Below the pieces are notes generated by a model. It saw only the letters and a program-made list of their open reading frames with translations. It was not told where the DNA came from and did not search any database. A program made the position numbers and the translations under genes. This document shows, one piece after another, positions 37,835 through 50,799 of a DNA stretch of 64,000 bases; within the stretch, counting starts at the first letter, position 1; every line of letters starts with the position of its first letter. The DNA is from Octopus sinensis. Lineage: Eukaryota. The DNA is taken from the NCBI RefSeq assembly GCF_006345805.1, contig NC_043003.1, forward strand, positions 81,468,001 to 81,532,000, written 5' to 3'.

Positions 37835-37890
37835 GTCTTACAGCTGTTTCTGGGATATCCCAGATTATGGGATATTCCATCATCAGAGAC
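37835..37890 (-). ncRNA. Type I hammerhead ribozyme, apparently intact
   Basis: gtct-CTGATGA-tggaatatccca-taatc-tgggatatccca-GAAAC-AGCT-GTA-agac; stem II pairs 11/12, stem I 4/4. Confidence 0.8.
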
Positions 37891-38192
37891 AAATTTGGAA
37901 AATGCAAAGGGTATAGATTAATGAAATGATGGCATAGAGGACAGGAGTAAAGGAATAAAGAGATGAAGGAAGAGCAGTAAAAAGAAGCATAAAAGTTCAC
38001 AGTTCAACTTTTTTATCTTGTAGAACTAAGTCCATAAGTCCTGAGGTGCAATCCTGCGTAAATCCATGGAAATTTTATGCTGACCCTTTTGCTACTTTTT
38101 TCTTCTCTTCCTTCATCTCCTTTACTCTTCCTTTACTCCTTTCCTATATGTCTTCATTTCATTAATCTATGCCCTTCTCATTTTTCGTATTT

Positions 38193-38248
38193 GTCTCTGA
38201 TGACAGAATATCTCATACTCTGGTATATCCCAAAAACAGCTGTAAGAC
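38193..38248 (+). ncRNA. Type I hammerhead motif, G12 changed to A (probably inactive)
   Basis: gtct-CTGATGA-stem II-AAAAC-AGCT-GTA-agac. Confidence 0.6.
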
Positions 38249-38503
38249 TTGATTTTTTTTTTCAAATAATAATAATAATGTATATGACTTGAGATGTTTA
38301 CCTTGCCTTTATGTTTGTTGTACTATTTAACAATTGTATATCCATTATATTGGACATCTGCAATGGCTCCATAACTGCTGTCTCAGCTATATTCTTGGAG
38401 CCCTTGTAGTCAATTACAGCACTTACCTAGTATAACTAATTACTTAGAAAACCTGTGAACTAAACTCCCATATTTTATATATAGATATAGACAAATAGAC
38501 ATG

Positions 38504-38547
<44 letters not shown>

Positions 38548-38585
38548 TAGATAGATAGATACACAAATATATGTATATATATAAA

Positions 38586-38821
38586 CAGGGTTGACCAAAA
38601 GTCACTTGGCAGTAAATCAAAACCATTCAATTCCTAGATTAAAACAAAAAATTATTTTATATGACATTTCGCTAATAAATAGACAAATGTTGAAATAAAC
38701 GGTGATTTCAACTTGCAGCATTCAATTATTGAACATTCATAATTGGTATGAATAAATAAAATTGAATATTAATTATTTATGGAATTTTGATTTACTATTG
38801 GGTGACTTTTGGCCATCCCTG
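38586..38821. mobile_element. Tc1/mariner-type MITE
   Basis: TIRs CAGGG(T/A)TG(A/G)CCAAAAGTCAC...AGTAAATCAAAA; right flank TA. Confidence 0.8.
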
Positions 38822-39792
38822 TATATGTATGTGTGTGTGTAGGAGCAAACATGGCTGTGTGGTAAGAAGTTTGCTTCCCACCAGATAGCTGTAGCATCTA
38901 TCTCTAGTATCTCAATGTATCCAGCAGTAGTAATTTTAAGACCCTATGGAAAGATGTGAATTGACATAACACGACCTTCATTCCAGGCAACATAAAAAAT
39001 CATCATAAATGCCAGAAACTTAGAATGCACCACACTGGGGATATTGGGAGGATGTGCATATAACCATGTGTCATTCCTCCTTTTAAACATTTGAACAAGG
39101 TCAAAGGTTTTCTCCTCAGCAAAAGACCAAATCTTGCCATGTTCATGATGTGCTTTAACCTTGTTAAATAACTCCCTGTCATTGAATGGTCTTCCTGTAT
39201 CTTTGCAGATATGAATTAACCTCTCCTCAGTACATACAACTTATATCAAATGCACTAATGCTCATCTTTACTCAGATCTTCAGTTCTCAGTCTCCACTCA
39301 TGCTTCACTCTAAATGCCCTTTATTTCATGGAACTTCATTCTGACCACATTTTGTGAAAAAAATCAAATAAAGATTTTTAACAGCTTTCCGAAGATTTTT
39401 CACACCTTTCTTTTATTTGTTCTTATATTCTCTCTACATTTGTTTGTGCATATATGCATATGTCAATTCATCCGTCTGTCTGTCCATCTATTTGTCCATT
39501 TATCCACCTGTTTGTCCATCCAACCATCCATCTATCCATCCATCCAGCTAGCTAGAATGTTTAGATGCTTAAGTACAAAATTGAAATATCACATGGTGTA
39601 TGAGTATGTGTGCATGTTTGAGTGTGTCACATTAAAAGCAGAAGAGGAAATATATTTTATCCCCCCCCACAAAAAAAGATGGCAGTATATATATTGTATA
39701 CACACACACACACACATACATGCACACACAGCACACACACATGCAACACACAGCACACACACTCACACAAACACACACAGATACACACACAC

Positions 39793-39825
<33 letters not shown>

Positions 39826-40383
39826 TGCATATGTGTATAAGGAAAGATAGTTAAAAATATCAAAAGTAATCCAAAAGAAAAGTAAAAGAGCAATACATGT
39901 AAGGCATGTAATGAGGTAAAGATAATGATCATCAGATGTAGAGAGATGAAATTAATGATAAAAATTCCTTTTTAAACAGGACTCCAGTGAACGTTAAGAT
40001 GTTGTACTCCTCCTTTACATCAATTTCTATAATATCTTCTCAAAATAAATAACAGGCAAATCAATTATATTTTCAATGAATTTACAATTCTACAGCTGAA
40101 GAAATAAACTACTTAGTAAAATCTTCAACTTTCTTAACTGCACTCAACTTGGAAATAAATATCTCTCTATGGTAGAGCAAAACACATCTCCATTCCACGT
40201 TTCAGTTGCTCACATCAGATTCAGAAATTTTGTTTAATTCTTTTTTTTCTATGGTAGTTCTAGTTATTTTATAGCTTAATTATACTGAATTTTACATACA
40301 AACTTTATCATTCAATTATATAAAATATTCTTTTTTAATGCTTTACTTATAATTCATTTCCCTCTGCTTTTAAATCTACTTAC

Positions 40384-40398
40384 ATTTAGTTATAGGAC
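40384..40398 (-). CDS. Candidate 15-nt micro-exon, phase 1-1: x-PITK-x
   Basis: tttttgtgttttttctttacag|GTCCTATAACTAAAT|gtaagt; only phase 1 is open. Confidence 0.55.
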
Positions 40399-41000
40399 CT
40401 GTAAAGAAAAAACACAAAAACCCTTATTTTCCAGAAATTGCTAATTGAAATGATTTTCTTTAAATTTTTTTCTTAATCAAAGAAATTTTAAGCTCTTCTA
40501 TTTTTCAATTTTTTTCCTTTATCTACCATGTTTACATGTTTTATGATGCTATTTCGGCTTCATGGTTTCCATTCCTCATTAAATTATGGTGATAAACTGG
40601 TTTTAATGTTGTGTAATTTATTAGTGGCAAAAAATGTCTGCAAAACCAAACAAATAGATGTTTTCTATTGTATTCTATTGTGCTATACTTTTTGAAACAA
40701 AGCATCACATTCTAGCATGATGTTTAGCTCCCCCACTAATTGCAGGTGATGTAGGGTAGAGGAAACATTTTCAGTCTTTGTATAAACAACCTTTCTAGCA
40801 CTTCTAGCTCAGTAAAATGTGCCCAATTAAATCTTGGTAATATACAGGGCTTCTAACAGTAAAAATCATGCCTGTTACCTATCAAAAAATAAATAGAATC
40901 AATAGAAACTCTATGAGAATCAGAGGAGACTTTTATTGTCTAGATGAGCAGCAACTATGAACAAAATTTATGAAACTAAGTAGAGAAGAGGAGTAGTTCT

Positions 41001-41231
41001 TATTTCTTTACTGCCCACAAGGGGCTACACACAGAGAGGACAAACAAGGACAGACAAATGAATTAAATCGATTATATCGACCCCAGTGTGTAACTGGTAC
41101 TTATTTAATCGACCCTGAAAGGATGAAAGGCAAAGTCGGCCTCTGCAGAATTTGAACTCAGAACGTAGCGACAGACAAAATACCGCTAAGCATTTCGCCT
41201 GGTGTGCTAACGTTTCTGCCAGCTCGCCACT
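41001..41231 (-). mobile_element. SINE family B with 16-bp TSD
   Basis: gaagag(g/t)agtagttct at 40985-41000 and 41232-41247. Confidence 0.93.
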
Positions 41232-41449
41232 GAAGAGTAGTAGTTCTGCTGTAGACATTCTCCTAAGACTTTTTTCATGATAAAATGCTCCTCAATCCAT
41301 GCTCTGTAAAGGGCTGATGATAGTAAAGGCACTCAGAGGTAAAAATTAAATCCAAAATATGATATAGAAAATAAAGAAGGCCAGTTTTCTCTGTTGCTTT
41401 GTGTTCTAGATGACATAACCACAATAAGTGACAAGATACAACCAACTCA

Positions 41450-41680
41450 AGGTGGTGAACTGGCAGAAAATTAGCACACCGGGCAAAATGCTTAGCGGTA
41501 TTTCGTCTGCCGCTATGTTCTGAGTTCAAATTCCACCAAGGTCGACTTTGCTTTTCATCCTTTTGGGGTCGATTAAATAAGTACCAGTTACACACTGGGG
41601 TCGATGTAATTGACCTAATCCCTTTGTCTGTCCTTGTGTGTCCCCTCTATGTTTAGTCCATTGTGGGTAATAAAGAAATA
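41450..41680 (+). mobile_element. SINE family B with 16-17-bp TSD
   Basis: agatacaaccaactca at 41434-41449 and 41681-41696. Confidence 0.93.
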
Positions 41681-42967
41681 AGATACAACCAACTCATGCC
41701 TGTAAATGTAAAATAATAATGATGATGTTGATGATGATGATGATGATGTTGATAATGACAGCAATATATAGGGAATGAGGAACCTGTTGTACCTTTGGCT
41801 TCCACGTTGCATGGAATTGGATGTATTCTGAGACAGAACTCCACACTACAACAAAATTTTCTTTAAAAGATTCCTTAGAATTAATAGTCTTGAACCTATG
41901 TTAGAAAATTATTACTCTGAAATAATTATTATTGAAATGATCATATTAATTACGATGATAATGACAATGCTCATGATATACTCATGTCTTGACAGCATCA
42001 GCATCGGGATATCTAGTCAGTTTTTCATTTTATATTCTAGCATTTCTGTTTTGATCCCCCAACACTCTCAGTTCACTACTTTTAATTATATTCTTTTGCT
42101 TCTCGTGTAAACTGCTTCTCAAGTCATACATAAAATAACATATAAAAATATATTTAATACCTCGTTACAACCGTTTTTCATTTTATCATACACATGTATA
42201 CAGATCATAATTATACACATATATAGAATTACACATATAGAATTACAAATTCTATCAGAATCTAGTTAAATCATGACTCAGAGCTCCAAGAACATAACTT
42301 GAGAAATGTTAAAAAAAAAAAGTTGTTTTATTTGTTCAATTTGCAATGAATGTAGACAAGTTCAGTGAAAAACATTCAGACACAATAACAATGTTAAAAT
42401 ATTTTCTTTTTGCAAGATTGAAATTAAAATATGTTATAAGATGAAGATATAAACGACTGATTGAATTAAGATCGCTAACTGCTTCGAATTTTTCGATTTG
42501 GTTCAATTTTTAACAAAATAATAATTCATAAATTGCTATAGCAAAAATAATAAAATATTGAGAGAAAAATGTTAATTCACGAATTCTAACACAATTTATG
42601 ATATTTCAAATTTGCACTAAGACGCATGCACCAAGACATTTTGTTATTAAATATTGAGGTATCCATGACTATTAATCTGAAATGCGAATGTTTCAATCAA
42701 ATTCTGTAATTTTTTGAGATAGCATGTGTGTAGACTTATTTACAATGATTTTTCACATTCTACTATATTGCTTCCCCACATCCATATAAATTGTCAGAGA
42801 GAAAGAAATGTACTATTTCCTGTCTGACAAACTATATGAAGTAAAAGAACATTAAACCTTTGTAGATGATGCCTAGCCAGAGCTCATGTAAGACAATGTT
42901 TGTGACAGAAGAGAAAGAGGTTCAGAAAATATGAGATTCTAGATCCCATTACATGGCATGTGTCATT

Positions 42968-43230
42968 TAAAAATAAAATAAATGCATCCTTTTAAAGCCT
43001 AACAAGGCTCATGGGCCCGGTTTCCCGGTTTCAATGGTGTATGTGTTCCCCAGCTGGATGGGACACCAGTCCATCGCAGCGTTACTCCTTTTTTGCCAGC
43101 TGAGTGGACTGAAACAACATGAAATGAAGTGCTTTGCTCAAGAACACAACGCGTTGCCCGGTCCAGGAATTGAAACCACAAGCTTATGATCATGATGCTG
43201 ACACCCTAACCACTAAGCTATGTGCCACCA
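42968..43230 (-). mobile_element. CORE-like SINE with a family-C-type tail
   Basis: Head and core resemble 53851-53990; tail resembles 22795-22875. Confidence 0.8.
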
Positions 43231-43319
43231 CATGTCATTTACCATAGCAATATATTAATCAAACAATGGAGAGTGACATGTTTATGAAATTTGTTAAACA
43301 GAAATAGTATGAAAATCCT

Positions 43320-43595
43320 AGCCCTGCCTCGACTGGCTTCCGTGTCGGTGGCACGTAAAAAGCACCATCCGAATCGTGGCTGAAGCCAGCCTCGCCTGGC
43401 ACCAGTGCAGGTGGCACGTAAAAAGCACCCACTACATTCACAGAGTGGTTGGCATTAGGAAGGGCATCCAGCTGTAGAAACATTGCCAGATAAGACCGGA
43501 GCCTGGTGCAGCCTTCTGGCTTCCCAGATCCCCGGTCGAACCGTCCAACCCATGCTAGCATGGAGAACGGACGTTAAACGATGGTGATGATGATG
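43320..43595 (+). mobile_element. RTE-type 3' UTR element, young copy
   Basis: CpG-rich; ends gacgttaaacgatggtgatgatgat. Confidence 0.9.
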
Positions 43596-44164
43596 TGAAA
43601 TTTTGGACTAATGGGCACATGTCAATTAGTGTGTTGAAGTGTTGAGCATAATTTGGGCTACCTGAAGTTATCTGCTGTTGTGGTATATTTCCATTGAATC
43701 TACTTCAGGAATTCTAAAGTGTTGGTTGAGATAATGATATAATATTAGGTAACCAGAAAATGAGTTTGGTATTAGTCTTTATTTCGACCTATCCTGCTAC
43801 TGTCCATTTTGGGTGGAACTCCATCCAACATATTGTGCTGCATCTATTTTGCAGTTGGGGGTCACATCAGGTACATCCATACATAAAGTGGTGTCTCAGT
43901 AAATATTCTGAGTTTAGGTGGTCATGTTATATGCCTATGTATGTACGTGTGTGTATATGCCTATGTACATCCCGACCTAGATTAGCAAGTATACCAACCT
44001 TTCGCCCTCTAGACACTTTAGTCTGCATATATATCTTTACTTTTTTCTTTTCTCTTCCTTTTTCTAGTACCATTCCTTTGTCTTAAACCTAATATAGCTT
44101 AATCCTTCTTTTGTCCATCTCCTATTCACTTACTCTGCAAAAAATGTTTTCTTTCTTTTTCTTT

Positions 44165-44303
44165 CAGTTCTATATTTAAGAGATGAGGAATTATATACAT
44201 TATTTACATTCGATAGATATTTGTCCTCATCTTGTTTGTTGTTGACACAACGTTGTTGTTAACAACAAACAAGATGAGAGCAAACATCCATCAAATGTAA
44301 ATA
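44165..44303. repeat. Palindrome built from two family-E tails joined head to head
   Basis: Arms 44200-44248 and 44255-44303; apex AACGTT at 44249-44254. Confidence 0.85.
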
Positions 44304-44901
44304 ATTTTTTTCTTTGCTTTTTATCTACACTTATTTATTTATATTTACAAATGTTTACCACTTACGTTAGGAAAAGTTAATAGTAATGTATATTTGTATA
44401 CTCAAACATATTGTTGTATGTCTAGGCATGTGCATATGCACTTATATGCAAAACTTTTGAAATACATTACACATTTTTATTGTTCCATTGATGACCTATA
44501 TCTGTAAGTCTTCTAATTATCTTTCTCATTCCAAGTTTTGAGAATCCAAACTTTTAAAGTTTGGTCCTGAGGCAGTTGGTTACATATATACAAGTAACCC
44601 TGTAATTACATGTATAAATCTCAACTTATAGTCATAATGGAGTATCTATAAGTTTCTCAGTAGCTCAGCACCTTCACTAATCTTTAAATAATATTGACAT
44701 CTGATTGTGTGTGAATTTCCCCTACTGCACATAGTTTCTCTTATATCTCCCTAATCACTATGACTGGTTTAACATATTTGCAATTTATTGAGGTTTCCGC
44801 AAGGATATTGCATTAGTACTCATTTATGTTATGAACAATGAAAGTCTCTATTGTACTCTATATATGTCATATAATCACCCTAAATAAAAATGTCTGAATA
44901 T

Positions 44902-45470
44902 TATTGGGTTACCTGGAAATTTCGTGCTGATTTATAGTAGCTAACCTTTCGACTTATTTTAGAACATGGTTGAGTCCATAAAATAGGATTTGACTACACC
45001 TCCATTTAGAGCACAGTTTAAGCTATCTTTTTGTGGAAGAAGGTTTATGTTCCTATAACCTGTGTTAATTTTGTAACCCTTTAAAATGGAAGATAAGAAA
45101 GTTCATTTTCGGCACTTGATGCTTTGGGAACCAAACAAAAATTGCTGCAGTTTGGCTGGGATGTGTTACTCCACCCTCCATATTCACCAGATATTGCTCC
45201 TTCGGATTTCCACTTATTCAGGTCTCTGCAGAATAGTCTTAATGGTAAAACTTTCAATTCCTTGGATGACGTAAAAAAATACCTTGATGAATTATTTGCC
45301 ATGAAACCACCTCAGTTCTGGGAAGAGGGTATTTTCAAGTTAAAGGAAAGATGGAGACGCATTGTTCAACGAAATGGTTCATATTTGGTTAATTAAAAAT
45401 GTAATGGCAAATATTTATTGACCTTTTTCTTTCCTTAAACATCGACATGAACTTTCCGGACAACCCAGTA
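44902..45470 (+). mobile_element. mariner internal-deletion derivative
   Basis: TIRs tattgggttacctggaaa / tttccggacaacccagta. N-terminus MEDKKVHFRHLMLWE is joined out of frame to LLHPPYSPDIAPSDFHLFRSL...GSYLVN*. Confidence 0.93.
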
Positions 45471-46296
45471 CAATGAAGGCTGGTTGACTGACAGGCAATA
45501 ACAATATTTTATTTTTACTGCTATGTTGTGATTGCTAGTACTGAGAGTTAAGTCAAGCTTCCATGTGATATTTTACAATGTCCTTGAATCTCTGTGAGAA
45601 TTCTGCAGTTTTGTCAAGTGCAAGCCATCAAAGTGATTTGATATCATCTACTTGTTTCTGTTAAGATCTATTTTGAAGATTATTAAAGCAGTTTGCGTGC
45701 TTTTTCATTCAAATTCCCTCAATACTTTGCTAATCTTTTAGCACTGATTAAAAAAAATAATATGAGTTAAATAAGAAGCATCAAAATCAAGAACAAGTGC
45801 ATTTTAAATTCAAAGCGCATACTGAGCACATGGGAATATTACTGATAAATATTACTGGATCTTATGATTATATATTGATATCTATCTATCTATCTCTTTC
45901 TCTCTCTCCCCTCTCTCCCTCCTCTCTCTCCCTCCCCCTCTCTTTATATATCTATATATGTACACTAATAATTAGAAATACTTCGCATATGATTTTATAT
46001 TCTTATTATATTGTATGGATATGGTGAGGTGATCCCATAAAAATACATGTCATGCCAAAACGTATGTAGCAATGCAATAGTAAAAATATTAAATTTCCAT
46101 CCATGAAGGATTTCACCTTTTAAATGTATTTTTATTCTACGCACTACATAGCATACATACATAACAATCCCATACACTTAACTTGGTATGTTGGAATAAT
46201 ATACGGTAACCAGCAACAAGTAGCATAGGATCTTTTATGAGCACATTGGTAGACATCTATCATATACAAAGTACAAAGATATACATACACAGACAC

Positions 46297-46360
<64 letters not shown>

Positions 46361-46455
46361 ATGAATATATATATATAAATATATATGCTTATTTATATGT
46401 AGATAAGTCTTTATCTGGTCATAGAGAGACCAATGGTTTCACATTCACAAAGGGC

Positions 46456-46556
46456 TTAGCCCCATAGATGAGTCGTCAGACTCTAAAACCAAAGACAAAT
46501 GTTACTTTTACATTTGTCTTTGGTTTTAAAGTCTGATGAGCTATCCATGGGGCTAA
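46456..46556. other. 101-nt near-perfect hairpin (47-nt arms, 7-nt loop)
   Basis: ttagccccatagatg...gacaaatgt-tactttt-acatttgtc...catggggctaa. Confidence 0.85.
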
Positions 46557-46904
46557 ATGCAAAATCATTAGTCACTCTATGACTAGACATAGACCTAACT
46601 GCATAGAAGCTTTAGAGCGTACTTCTCTTTCAGATATATGATACTTTGACAATATATATATACACATGTATACATACATATATATCACATGATCACATGA
46701 TAGACCAGACTATCTGATGTTATTATATATTGCTGGTCACAATGCACTTTGAAGTGTTATAGCTTTTGAATGATACCACCTCACTGGCTAGATAGAAGCA
46801 TCTAGGAAATAACACCAAAGATGAAAAAAATGGTACACAGTGTATATATTCCATAGTAGAAGTGCTGTTTATATTATATCCAGAACTCTCTTTTTTTTCT
46901 TTTG

Positions 46905-47085
46905 TTTTTGGATTTGGTTTGCAAGATTCTTTATTTGAGTTCGTGTGTTGAAGCATATTCTGTTGTGTCTGGGGAGAGTCATTTTCTTTTTGTGCCTTAT
47001 AATGTAACACACTCACCGGTAAAATTTCCACTTTTTTCTTATTTTTATTTTCCTAAAATTTTCGTTGCGTCTTGCAACCTTTTTT
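46905..47085 (+). repeat. Dispersed repeat family F (copy 1)
   Basis: Collinear with 60187-60360. Confidence 0.85.
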
Positions 47086-48172
47086 TAGCATTGTAGATTG
47101 CTCTAGCAACAACATGTTGCAGTAGAAGGTAGTGCCACAATGATATTTTGGGGCAACTGCTGATTATATATGTATTATGTCCTTCACTGAAAACCAACAT
47201 AATCAACATCTGTAATTTTAAAGGCTTTACTGCCCCATTTGTTCTCTAGAAAGATTGTAGTTATCTCCTGTCAAGACTACATGCTGGAGCTCATCACAAT
47301 TCTTAATATGATATTTTTATCGCAATTCCAATATTTGAATGTGTCTTTCTCCATTTCCACATGTTATAAGAATGGCTTTATTTCCATGAGTGATTTACAT
47401 CTCAGTTCTTTGTTTTCAGCATAATTTTCAAATTATGTTCAGAGTTTAGGATTTTTAAAAATATAAAAGGTTTTGAGAGTTTCAAATGATATAAAACTCT
47501 TAATTATGTTTGAATTAGATATATGTCAATTACGGAATATACTATTAAAACTGAGTATCTGTAATGAAATCCATTAAATACTGGACTGCCATGACTAACA
47601 CTGAAGATAACTTTTCAAGAGAAACTGAAAAATGATCTATTAAACTGAATATGCCTTCATTAAGAACAATTCTGGGTTATTTGTAGTCATTTTTCAGCCT
47701 GAACAATGCTGCATATTCTACAAGTACACACACACACACACACACACATGCACGTGTGTATTAAATGATTATCAGAGGAATATAACGGTCAACTAATAGA
47801 ATTGAAGCCACATATGTATCATTTGCTAGGTATTGTGTTTATCTGCTTTTAATTGAACCTTTCAGTCTCTGCGAGCAACCTGTCATTCTCACTCATGTTA
47901 TGCCAATCACTTAACGCTAATAGAATTGGCTACTTCATCTAATATCTCACATAGCTAGCCGTCACACTGATTTGATAGTTTTGATAAGAACTCCAAGAAT
48001 ACTCACACATATAAATTAATGACAACTATTTTTAATAAATGATATTAAACATTATATTCTCATAATCAATAACTTGTAATTGAAAAAAAAAAGAAAAACT
48101 ACAAGAAACTCACTGATTGTCCCAAACCATACAGATTGAAAGTCTCAGAGGAAAAGAAATAAAATCTACATC

Positions 48173-48680
48173 TAGGCAGAGGAGTGGCTGTGTAGTAAGA
48201 AGCTTGCTTCTCAACTACATGATTCCAGGTTCAGTCTCACTCTGTGGTACCTGGGCAAGCGTCTTCTACTATAAACTCAGGCTGAACAAAGACTTGTGAG
48301 TGGATTTAGTAGATAGAAACTGAAAGAAGCTTGTCATATATATATATATAATTTAATTTATATTTATACTGTGAAATTTGATTTAATCCTAAATCTAATT
48401 TTTCCCAGTAAGTTTGGATATACTCCCTATTATTATTATTATATATATATATATTTGTATATATGTATTTATGTGTCTGTGTTTGTCCCCCTACCATCGC
48501 TTGACAACCAATGCTGGTGTGTTTACATCCTTATAACTTAGCGATCCGGCAAAAGAGATTGATAGAATAAGTACTGGGCTTACAAAGAATAAGTCTTGGG
48601 GTCGATTTGTTCAACTAAGGGCAGTGCTCCAGCATGGCTGCAGTCATATGACTGAAACAAATAAAAGAAAAGAAAAAAAT
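48173..48680 (+). mobile_element. SINE family A, full length
   Basis: Family motifs present. Confidence 0.92.
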
Positions 48681-50799
48681 AGAATCCAATCTGAAAATGA
48701 AGACAGAAAATAAATGATATTGTTACCAAGGAAATGATAGATATGGGTTTCAAGCCTTGATTTTTTTTTACCTCAACTTGTGATGAATATAATTTATAAT
48801 AAGAATATCATTGTTATTATAGATGTGTAAACATTGTCATCACATTTGAGTGTTCTCTACATTGCATCAAAGCTTTGGTTTTATGGTTGTGTACCTATTG
48901 TATAACGTTTGTGATGAATAGGCTACAGAATTTAATTTGACATTAGAGAGGCTACCGTCCTAACTTTAGGATCCTTCCTACATTTTATTGGTTCTTGGAG
49001 TGTTTTTTTTCTCCTTGAGAGATTGCTCTTGTCATGGCATTAAGAAAGAGATGAGCCAACTAGAGAAATTGTAGGTGGCTGTATATTAGCGTAACAAAGT
49101 CAGTGCAGAAGAACTGCATCTTTTGCATGTGAAACAGAGTGAAAATACTTTTTGAAATATGCAGAGTTAACTTGTGATAACCTGAAACTTTTGAATTTAA
49201 AAAGATAATGATGGTGATATTGATGATGATAATGATGATGACTTGTTTATATTTATTGTTCTTTTGAATACTTATTTAGGAGTTCATAAATCTATAGTCA
49301 TCTCTTGATACCTTCTTTCATTGTCATGATTCTCCTCTGTGGCTATACATGGTTTACTTCCTGGCTAAAGAAAAAGATTGCAACATGTTTATGACAGTTT
49401 ATTTTACCGTTTTTGTTTCTTGGTTTGTTTTTTAATTTTTTTTTTCTGTAAATGGGGTTTTCATAAAACTACTTTAGAATATCCCTTTATCAACTTTTAG
49501 TTGTGTACTAGTCACCTTGCTTTAAACATAACTTCAAATATTGATTTATTTTATTTATATTTATAAACTGCCTTCCAGCATTAGAGTTTTCTATTTCCTG
49601 CAGGATTCTAAATTATTACTATTATATACATATTGCCTTACACAATTGTCATTGTATATGTTATATAATATCTTATACAAATTTCTAGAGAGAGGCAGTT
49701 ACAATAAACTGGATTCTTGCAGTGTATTATATAAATTTCACAAATATTTGGCATTTAAGGGTACTTTTTGTTTCATTTAATTAGTTATTACCTTTTAGAA
49801 ATAAGGTATGGATAGTGTTGTCAGTTTTTTCATATATCAATTCTTTAAGCTCAGCATATTCTTTAATTTCCATCAAAATTAATTGGTTATTTCTATCTAA
49901 ATGAATTGGTTATTTCTATCAAAATGAATTAATTATTACTAAATAAAAGTCAACTGTTTTTATTGATATAACTGAAAAACTTTTGATTTAGATTAAGTTT
50001 TTCTCTTTTGTTCTTTTGATAAGAGACAAAGATAGCTTTCATTGTAACTTTGTGCTTAAGAATTATTATTTATCCCATAATCTTCTCAAATTTCATTTAC
50101 ATATCTGGTTTACATAATATTCACTAGATGAACATTACTTGCATCTACAATTACTGCTAATGCAGCATCAATTCAAATGCCTTCTGCAGATTCAATAAAA
50201 TGAATATTTACACCATTCGTTCTCAACATTATTCCTTGCTCACCACACAAACTTGGCTGTTCAAAACAGAAATTTATTTCATTCTTTTAAAATCATATTA
50301 ATTTTAATTTAAATTAGTGTTCATTAACTCATTAAGTAGTATACACTTTTTGCTTCATAATTACAATTATTATTATTTTTTTTTTTTTTGCATGTATGAA
50401 TTATTTGGCTTCATTTTCATAATATACTTGGATGATTTCGATAATATTACATCTTTTCTACTGTTTTTATCCTCTTGAAAGCAAATTAATAATTGATTTC
50501 AGATTAGAACACACTTATAACTAAATTAATCTTAAAAGAATTAAGTTTAGATGTAAAAAAGTAAGGTGGCACATTGAAATAAATTATATCAAATCAATAT
50601 ATCAAAGTATAGGCCTAACTATCATAATCTCTTATGCATCTGCTTTACTATTTCCATTCACATTTTGGCAAATATTTCATATATTTTTGTATAACCGGTC
50701 AACCTGGCTGTAACCTGGCTGTAACTTGACTCACTAGCTCAAAAAATGTGAAACAATAGGTGAATAATCATATATCATTCACAACATATGCAAATATTA

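Larger units (their letters stand above)
37773..38340. mobile_element. Foldback element with an HHR in each arm, plus an extra inverted terminal copy (37735-37762)
   Basis: About 37773-37990 is inverted relative to about 38085-38340. Confidence 0.85.

Noticed and set aside
48114-48143. 30-nt minus exon candidate (x-FQSVWFGTI-x) with a gtgagt donor
   Set aside because: Needs a rare GAG acceptor, and all frames are open, so it is uninformative; left out of the main chain.
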